From: Chitinimonas arctica
GTDB lineage: Bacteria > Pseudomonadota > Gammaproteobacteria > Burkholderiales > Chitinimonadaceae
Reading direction: 5' to 3'
Assembly (NCBI RefSeq): GCF_007431345.1
Contig: NZ_CP041730.1
Coordinates: 1,061,715 to 1,093,714 of the forward strand
Length of the DNA: 32,000 nt
Positions 27,128 through 32,000 of this stretch are shown here, one piece after another; position 1 is the stretch's first letter, and the number at the start of each line of letters is the position of its first letter. The notes below the pieces were generated by a model that saw only the letters and a program-made list of their open reading frames with translations, ran no database searches and was not told the DNA's origin. Made by a program: the position numbers and the translations under genes.

Positions 27128-29583
27128 AGTCCTTTCAACACCTTAAGACCCGCAACACCGGTCGCAAACTGGAAGAATATCTGGGACCAATCCTTCAGTT
27201 CCTTGGTCAAATTGAATCGTTCCTCCAGCCTTTCGGGCATAACGATTGCATCGCCAGGCATCAATTTTTGTCCACCCAGGCTACTTAGCCAGCCACTTTG
27301 CCGCTTGCTTAATACCGTACCGTCCGCACGCAATACGAACATACTGGATTCGTCAGCATCGCGAGTCGGCCCGCCCGACTGGCGTAGATAGTCTTCGAAT
27401 CGCTTCTCGGATTTGAAGATAAATGCGCCGGGGTTGAAAACCGCACCGAACACGCTAATGGAGCCAGACGCATTGGGGATGACTATCTTATCGCCGTCCT
27501 CCAAAGCGATATCCGGCAGTTGTTTTACATCCGGAGGAAGCAGCTCGGCCGGCATCTCAAGCGATACGCGACCGGTTGCCTTGATCTGGCGCAATTTATT
27601 CAAAAGCCCGCGCTGCTGCTCAGCTTCTACCTTGGCACTTTGAGCTTCTTCTGCATTCATTGCCTTTTGGCTTTTATTTACTGCCGTACGCTCCAGATCA
27701 CGCTCCAGCCTATCCACCGAATCATCCAACTGCTTTTGTTGTAGTACGCGGACGGACTCCCGACTGAACTCGGTGCCGAACAAATAGGCATTCGATGTCA
27801 AACCGCCAATACGCGTTACCAGCTTTTGCAATGTTTCACCTTGCTCCAGCTTATATATACCAGGCGTAACGAACTCACCTTCCAGGCGAATGTACTTCGA
27901 CTGCTTTTCTACCGGAACACGAATATCATCCTTGGAGAAGATCGTTACTACGTCATTTGGCTGAAGGAGCAAATTGTGCTGTACGTCGCCCTTCAAAGCC
28001 AACCCCAGACTAAATGGCAACAGGTCGCTACTGCCGTCATCGGCAACGCGTTCAATCACGGCATAATCCAGATTGACCGCTTCTGCGCGCTGAATGCTGG
28101 CGAAGGCATTTTCGTCTTTTGGATCTACTCCCTGCAGCGGAGTGAAATTCCTGTTGGGTGGATTTATTCCATTGATTTTTCGAGGACCATTCCTTGGCGT
28201 GATCTTGCCTCCTCCCCGATACATTGCCTGCACCATCGCATTTTGCGCATCCACGGAATCGTCTTGCGCATCCATCCGATTACGATCCGTCCAATAGCTA
28301 CGCGATATCAGGGATTCCATGCTGGGGACGATATCGCTTATACGAATCCCCTTACGCCAGGTAAAACGTTCCGGCTGGTTCACAAAACCGCGCAGCGTGA
28401 TTGAATTGGCAAACTTGGGCGCGATGGGATAAACGGTCACCACATCACCATCCTTGACGGCACCTGACTGGCCTGCCGCATCGAGCTTCAATTCCTCTAC
28501 CTTGCGGGTCTTACGGTTATCGATTCGTTCAATCGTCACCTTCAATCCATCGGCAAGGCTACTCAAGCCGCCACTCCAGGCAATCAGATCCTTGAGCGAA
28601 GCTTCGCCTTCAGGCAACTCATAGATGCCGGCCGTGTTGATACTGCCGCTGATTGCAGCCACCTTGCCCACCGGTGGGATATAGATGACATCGCCGGGCA
28701 GGAGCGGACGATCCTTGGTCTTGTCGCCACGCAGCAAGAGGTCATACAGATCCATTTCACTGATGACCTTGTCGCCACGCTTAAGCTGGATTTTACGCAT
28801 CGACCCTCTGGTGGACGGACCACCGGCGGCGAAGATCGCATTGACCAGGGTACTGAGGGAGCTCACCGTGTAGACACCCGGACGCTGTGCCTGTCCCACC
28901 ACGAAGACCTGGATGGAGCGCAACTGCCCCAAGGTAACCGACAGCTCGAAGTTCTTGAAGGTGCGGCTGAAGGCGGTGGAAAGATAGCCTTGCAGTTCCT
29001 GGTAGCGAATGCCCGCGACATTGAACACGCCAACCCGTGGGATATTCACCGTGCCATTTCGATCGACCACCGCCCGAATATCGATATCAATCTGTCCCCA
29101 GGCACGTATCCAGATCTCGTCGCCCGGTCCGATCGTGTAATCGGAGGTAACCGGCACATTGTCTACCGGGGCGAAGGTATCCGGCGAATTGCGAAATAAC
29201 TGGTAGCCGAACAGGGGCAGCAATTTGCCGGTCGAATCGTAGACAAAGCGCTGGAACTCGGTCTGCTCCGGTAATTGCTGGCGAATCGGCTGGCCCATGC
29301 GTTGCTCATCGCCGCCAAGCGCGTCGCCGAGCGGCCGCTGCGCACCCTTATTGGTGCGCGTACCACGCATGGGATCATTGCCGGCCCCCTGGATATCGAT
29401 GGTGGGTCTGGCTGATGATTCTTGACCAAAAGATTTGCCTACAATCCCAAGCCGCTGTTCTCGCATTGCCGGGTCCGCCGCCAGATCGATATCGTCCGCG
29501 CTTACCGCAAAAGAAACACACACTGCGAGCAAGGAAACGAAGCGGCTTGCCCAACTGCATAAAGCATTCTTGGTCAATGTCAT
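27124..29583 (-). CDS. wza: Large polysaccharide export protein with several SLBB domains (Wza/OtnA-like)
   Basis: 819 aa with signal peptide, YTIGPGDEIWIRAWGQIDIDIRAVVDRNGTVNIPRVG (poly_export domain), then repeated SLBB-like units (VFVVGQAQRPGVYTVSSLSTLVNAIFAAGG; IRLEGEFVTPGIYKLEQGETLQKLVTRIGG; SVFGAVFNPGAF). Confidence 0.9.
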   Translation of the reverse strand: MTLTKNALCSWASRFVSLLAVCVSFAVSADDIDLAADPAMREQRLGIVGKSFGQESSARPTIDIQGAGNDPMRGTRTNKGAQRPLGDALGGDEQRMGQPIRQQLPEQTEFQRFVYDSTGKLLPLFGYQLFRNSPDTFAPVDNVPVTSDYTIGPGDEIWIRAWGQIDIDIRAVVDRNGTVNIPRVGVFNVAGIRYQELQGYLSTAFSRTFKNFELSVTLGQLRSIQVFVVGQAQRPGVYTVSSLSTLVNAIFAAGGPSTRGSMRKIQLKRGDKVISEMDLYDLLLRGDKTKDRPLLPGDVIYIPPVGKVAAISGSINTAGIYELPEGEASLKDLIAWSGGLSSLADGLKVTIERIDNRKTRKVEELKLDAAGQSGAVKDGDVVTVYPIAPKFANSITLRGFVNQPERFTWRKGIRISDIVPSMESLISRSYWTDRNRMDAQDDSVDAQNAMVQAMYRGGGKITPRNGPRKINGINPPNRNFTPLQGVDPKDENAFASIQRAEAVNLDYAVIERVADDGSSDLLPFSLGLALKGDVQHNLLLQPNDVVTIFSKDDIRVPVEKQSKYIRLEGEFVTPGIYKLEQGETLQKLVTRIGGLTSNAYLFGTEFSRESVRVLQQKQLDDSVDRLERDLERTAVNKSQKAMNAEEAQSAKVEAEQQRGLLNKLRQIKATGRVSLEMPAELLPPDVKQLPDIALEDGDKIVIPNASGSISVFGAVFNPGAFIFKSEKRFEDYLRQSGGPTRDADESSMFVLRADGTVLSKRQSGWLSSLGGQKLMPGDAIVMPERLEERFNLTKELKDWSQIFFQFATGVAGLKVLKGL

Positions 29584-29997
29584 CTATCCACAGCCTCAAG
29601 ACTCAAATCGGTGACGAATACCGCGTCACCTCCAAAGATCGACGGTCGTTCCTGTCTACGCAACTTCGTTCCTGCAAGCGAGGCGGCAACTGCCCTGTAG
29701 GCCGCATTCAGCATGACTATAGCAAGCATATGTTGCCGGAATGCACTGGAAAATTTGGCGGTTGCACTCGCTTGTAAGTCCATGCACTGGCAAAAATAGC
29801 GTTAGAAAACACTGATTTATGTCAGTCTGCAGCTGTCATATCTCGTGCTTTCAACGGTTTAACCGCCCTACCCCGCCCCACCTCCGCCACCAAAAGCCAG
29901 TCTTCAGGCCGATTGGGCCCCGGCGCGGCGCGTATCGCTTATCCAACAACCCCGCTAAACTTCCCGCCTGATTCCGCAAGACACAGGACTTTCCACC

Positions 29998-31299
29998 ATG
30001 ACTCTGCGCGTACTGACCGGTATCACCACCACCGGCACGCCCCACCTCGGCAACTATGTCGGGGCCATTCGCCCAGCCATCGCCGCCAGCCGCCTGCCCG
30101 CTAGCGATTGCTTCTTTTTCCTGGCCGACTACCACGCACTGATCAAATGCGACGATCCGGCCCGCATCGAGCGTTCGCGCCTGGAAATCGCCGCAACCTG
30201 GCTGGCCGCCGGGCTCGATGCCGAGCGGGTCACCTTCTATCGCCAGAGCGATGTCCCGGAAGTCACCGAGCTCAACTGGCTGCTGACCTGCGTGACCGCC
30301 AAGGGCCAGATGAACCGCGCGCATGCCTACAAGGCATCGGCCGATGCCAACGAGGCGGCCGGCGAGGAGACCGATGCCGGCATCAGCATGGGCCTGTTCT
30401 GCTACCCCATCCTGATGGCGGCCGATATCCTGCTGTTCAATGCGCACAAGGTGCCGGTGGGCCGCGACCAGATCCAGCATATCGAGATGGCCCGCGACGT
30501 GGCGCAGCGTTTCAACCATCTGTTCGGGCAAGGCCGCGAACTGTTCGTGCTGCCCGAGGCGGTGATCGAGGAACATGTCGCCACCCTGCCCGGCCTGGAT
30601 GGCCGCAAGATGTCCAAGAGCTACGACAACACCATTCCGCTATTCGAAGGCGGCGCCCGTGGCTTGAAGGACGCCATTGCCCGTATCGTGACCGACTCGC
30701 GGCTGCCCGGTGAGCCCAAGGACCCCGAAGGCAACGCCCTGGTTGCCATCTACGAAGCCTTCGGCAGCCCCGAGGAAACCGCCGCCTTCCGCGCCGACCT
30801 GCTGGCCGGCCTGGGCTGGGGCGAAGCCAAGCAAAGACTGTTCGAGCGGGTCGAGCGCGATATTGCCCCGATGCGTGCGCATTACGCCGAGCTGATGGCC
30901 CACCCGGAACGGATCGAGGAAGCCCTCCAGATCGGTGCCCGTAAAGCCCGCGTGCAGGCTTCCCAGCTGCTCGCCACTCTGCGCGAAGCGGTGGGCCTGC
31001 GCAGCTTGCGCGCGGTGCAGACCGCCGCGCCGGCGGCCGATGCCGCCAAGCCGCAACTGGCCGTGTTCAAGCAATATCGCGAAGCCGATGGCCGCTTCTA
31101 TTTCAAGCTGACCGCCCACGACGGACGCGTACTGCTGCAGAGCCAGGGCTTCGAGCAAGGCCGCGAGGCGGGGCAATGGGTGGGCAAGCTCAAGCAAAGC
31201 GGCGCCGCGGTGCTGGCGGAAGCACCGGTCCAGCTGGGCACGGGTATCGATGCCGAGGAAGTCACGGCTGCGCTGGCGCTGTTGGCTGCAACGGAGTAA
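29998..31299 (+). CDS. trpS: Tryptophanyl-tRNA synthetase with C-terminal extension
   Basis: [24 protein letters not shown]-like motif, [21 protein letters not shown] motif. C-terminal [43 protein letters not shown] appended. Confidence 0.93.
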   Translation: MTLRVLTGITTTGTPHLGNYVGAIRPAIAASRLPASDCFFFLADYHALIKCDDPARIERSRLEIAATWLAAGLDAERVTFYRQSDVPEVTELNWLLTCVTAKGQMNRAHAYKASADANEAAGEETDAGISMGLFCYPILMAADILLFNAHKVPVGRDQIQHIEMARDVAQRFNHLFGQGRELFVLPEAVIEEHVATLPGLDGRKMSKSYDNTIPLFEGGARGLKDAIARIVTDSRLPGEPKDPEGNALVAIYEAFGSPEETAAFRADLLAGLGWGEAKQRLFERVERDIAPMRAHYAELMAHPERIEEALQIGARKARVQASQLLATLREAVGLRSLRAVQTAAPAADAAKPQLAVFKQYREADGRFYFKLTAHDGRVLLQSQGFEQGREAGQWVGKLKQSGAAVLAEAPVQLGTGIDAEEVTAALALLAATE

Positions 31300-31366
31300 G
31301 GCGAAGCCCACTTATGCTGGCGCTGGCCAGGATCGAAGTGCGGGGGCGTAGATCCCTACCGTAAGG

Positions 31367-31393
31367 AATCCCGGCCTGCGCCGGGATTTTTTT
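31367..31393 (+). terminator. Intrinsic terminator after trpS
   Basis: aatcccggc-ctgc-gccgggatt (9-bp perfect stem, 4-nt loop) with a continuous T run at 31387-31393. Confidence 0.9.
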
Positions 31394-31398
31394 GTCCG

Positions 31399-31470
31399 CT
31401 GTTAATTTATTTCATTTAAAAACAAACATTTAAATAAATTTATAAAAATATTTTTAGATATCGCTAAACA
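31399..31470. promoter_or_regulatory. Extremely AT-rich upstream tract with short inverted/direct repeats
   Basis: gttaatttatttcatttaaaaacaaacatttaaataaatttataaaaatatttttagatatc in otherwise GC-rich DNA. AATTTATTT (31404-31412) pairs with AAATAAATT (31432-31440); CATTTAAA occurs twice. Confidence 0.4.
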
Positions 31471-31548
31471 TTCTGAGTTCCCGAACGGAGCCATTGTCTT
31501 AACCAGTCGCCCGGCAACCGGCGACCAACCGTTCATGGAATCAGCAAG

Positions 31549-32000
31549 ATGGTCACTATCGTCGCAGGTCAAGACACCGCTTTGTTCAACGGCACCGTTG
31601 CGCGCTTGGGCGCAGGCTCGGGCATTGAAGCAATAGGGCAAGCCGGAGAGGGGGTCGCGATCAATATCGCCCGCGGCAACCTGGTGGTGCAGCGCCGCGA
31701 CGAAATCCTCCAAGGCAAGGGGCTGGCCAGCGATGTGCTGCGGACCTACAACAGCCAGGCCAAGTTCAGCGACGACAACGCCGATGCCTGGTGGCTGGGC
31801 GGCTATCGGCTGCTGCGCAACCTGACCGGCACGGTCAATACCATCGGGAGCAAGATCGAGCGGATCACGGCCGACGGGAGCGTGCAGGCTTTCGGCTATG
31901 TGGCCGCCGCCGGTGGCCAGCCGGCGCGCTATGTCAGCCAGGATGGCGACGGCGCGCACGACAGCCTCAGTTACGATGGCAGCACCTGGACCTGGCAGGA
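31549..32000 (+). CDS. N-terminus of a large Rhs/YD-repeat-like or related surface/secreted protein, truncated by window end
   Basis: Open frame from ATG 31549 to the window edge: MVTIVAGQDTALFNGTVARLGAGSGIEAIGQAGEGVAINIARGNLVVQRRDEILQGKGLASDVLRTYNSQAKFSDDNADAWWLGGYRLLRNLTGTVN... The GNLVVQRRD...LRTYNSQ pattern resembles N-termini before YD/Rhs repeats. Not in the supplied ORF track because no stop is reached. Confidence 0.65.
   Translation, partial: MVTIVAGQDTALFNGTVARLGAGSGIEAIGQAGEGVAINIARGNLVVQRRDEILQGKGLASDVLRTYNSQAKFSDDNADAWWLGGYRLLRNLTGTVNTIGSKIERITADGSVQAFGYVAAAGGQPARYVSQDGDGAHDSLSYDGSTWTWQ

Noticed and set aside
29584-29997. ops/JUMPstart element (GGCGGTAG) for RfaH-dependent antitermination
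   Set aside because: I looked for GGCGGTAGCGTG or its core on the minus strand upstream of the export gene and found no match.
29851-30576. 241-aa and 223-aa minus-strand ORFs (29851-30576, 30640-31311) opposite trpS
   Set aside because: Mirror frames of GC-rich trpS coding sequence, no credible start context or domain.
31402-31959. 185-aa minus-strand ORF at the right edge
   Set aside because: Opposes the coherent plus-strand Rhs/YD-like frame and runs into the AT-rich intergenic tract, so it is most likely spurious.
1-32000. CRISPR arrays, tRNA/rRNA genes, transposases or integrases
   Set aside because: No regularly spaced repeats, tRNA/rRNA-like sequence, or recognisable mobile-element protein was seen on either strand.

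Overview
The window is dominated by one long minus-strand surface-polysaccharide locus (O-antigen, capsule or EPS). It is read from about 29583 down to 5282 and is mostly translationally coupled. In transcription order it contains: SLBB export protein, Wzz-like copolymerase, a WbpB/WbpD/WbpE-like amino-sugar set, flippase, an unassigned GT-B-like protein with RPHP and SELST motifs, HisH2-HisF2-WbpG2, a Wzy-like membrane protein, a GT4 glycosyltransferase, an initiating sugar-1-P transferase, WbpG1-HisF1-HisH1, a NeuA/NeuB/NeuC plus NeuD/PglD-like set, a CBS-domain/PglE aminotransferase fusion, and a PglF/WbpM-like dehydratase. The most plausible pathway is a legionaminic-type nonulosonic acid made by the UDP-diNAcBac route, plus a second amino sugar (possibly a 2,3-diamino uronic acid). 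Two separate amidotransferase modules suggest acetamidino decoration of one or both. The upstream plus-strand block holds a partial AGE-family epimerase, a YjbE-like tiny secreted protein, a perfect intrinsic terminator, a YjbH-like outer-membrane protein fused to a C-terminal PAP2 phosphatase domain, and a MORN-repeat protein. To the right lie trpS with a C-terminal extension, its terminator, an extremely AT-rich tract, and the start of a large Rhs/YD-like protein that runs off the window and is missing from the ORF track. The leads most worth following are the dual mirror-ordered amidotransferase modules with different HisF active-site substitutions, the CBS-PglE fusion, the YjbH-PAP2 fusion, and the candidate CMP-nonulosonate transferase. 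All assignments come from recognising sequence patterns by eye; no database search was run.
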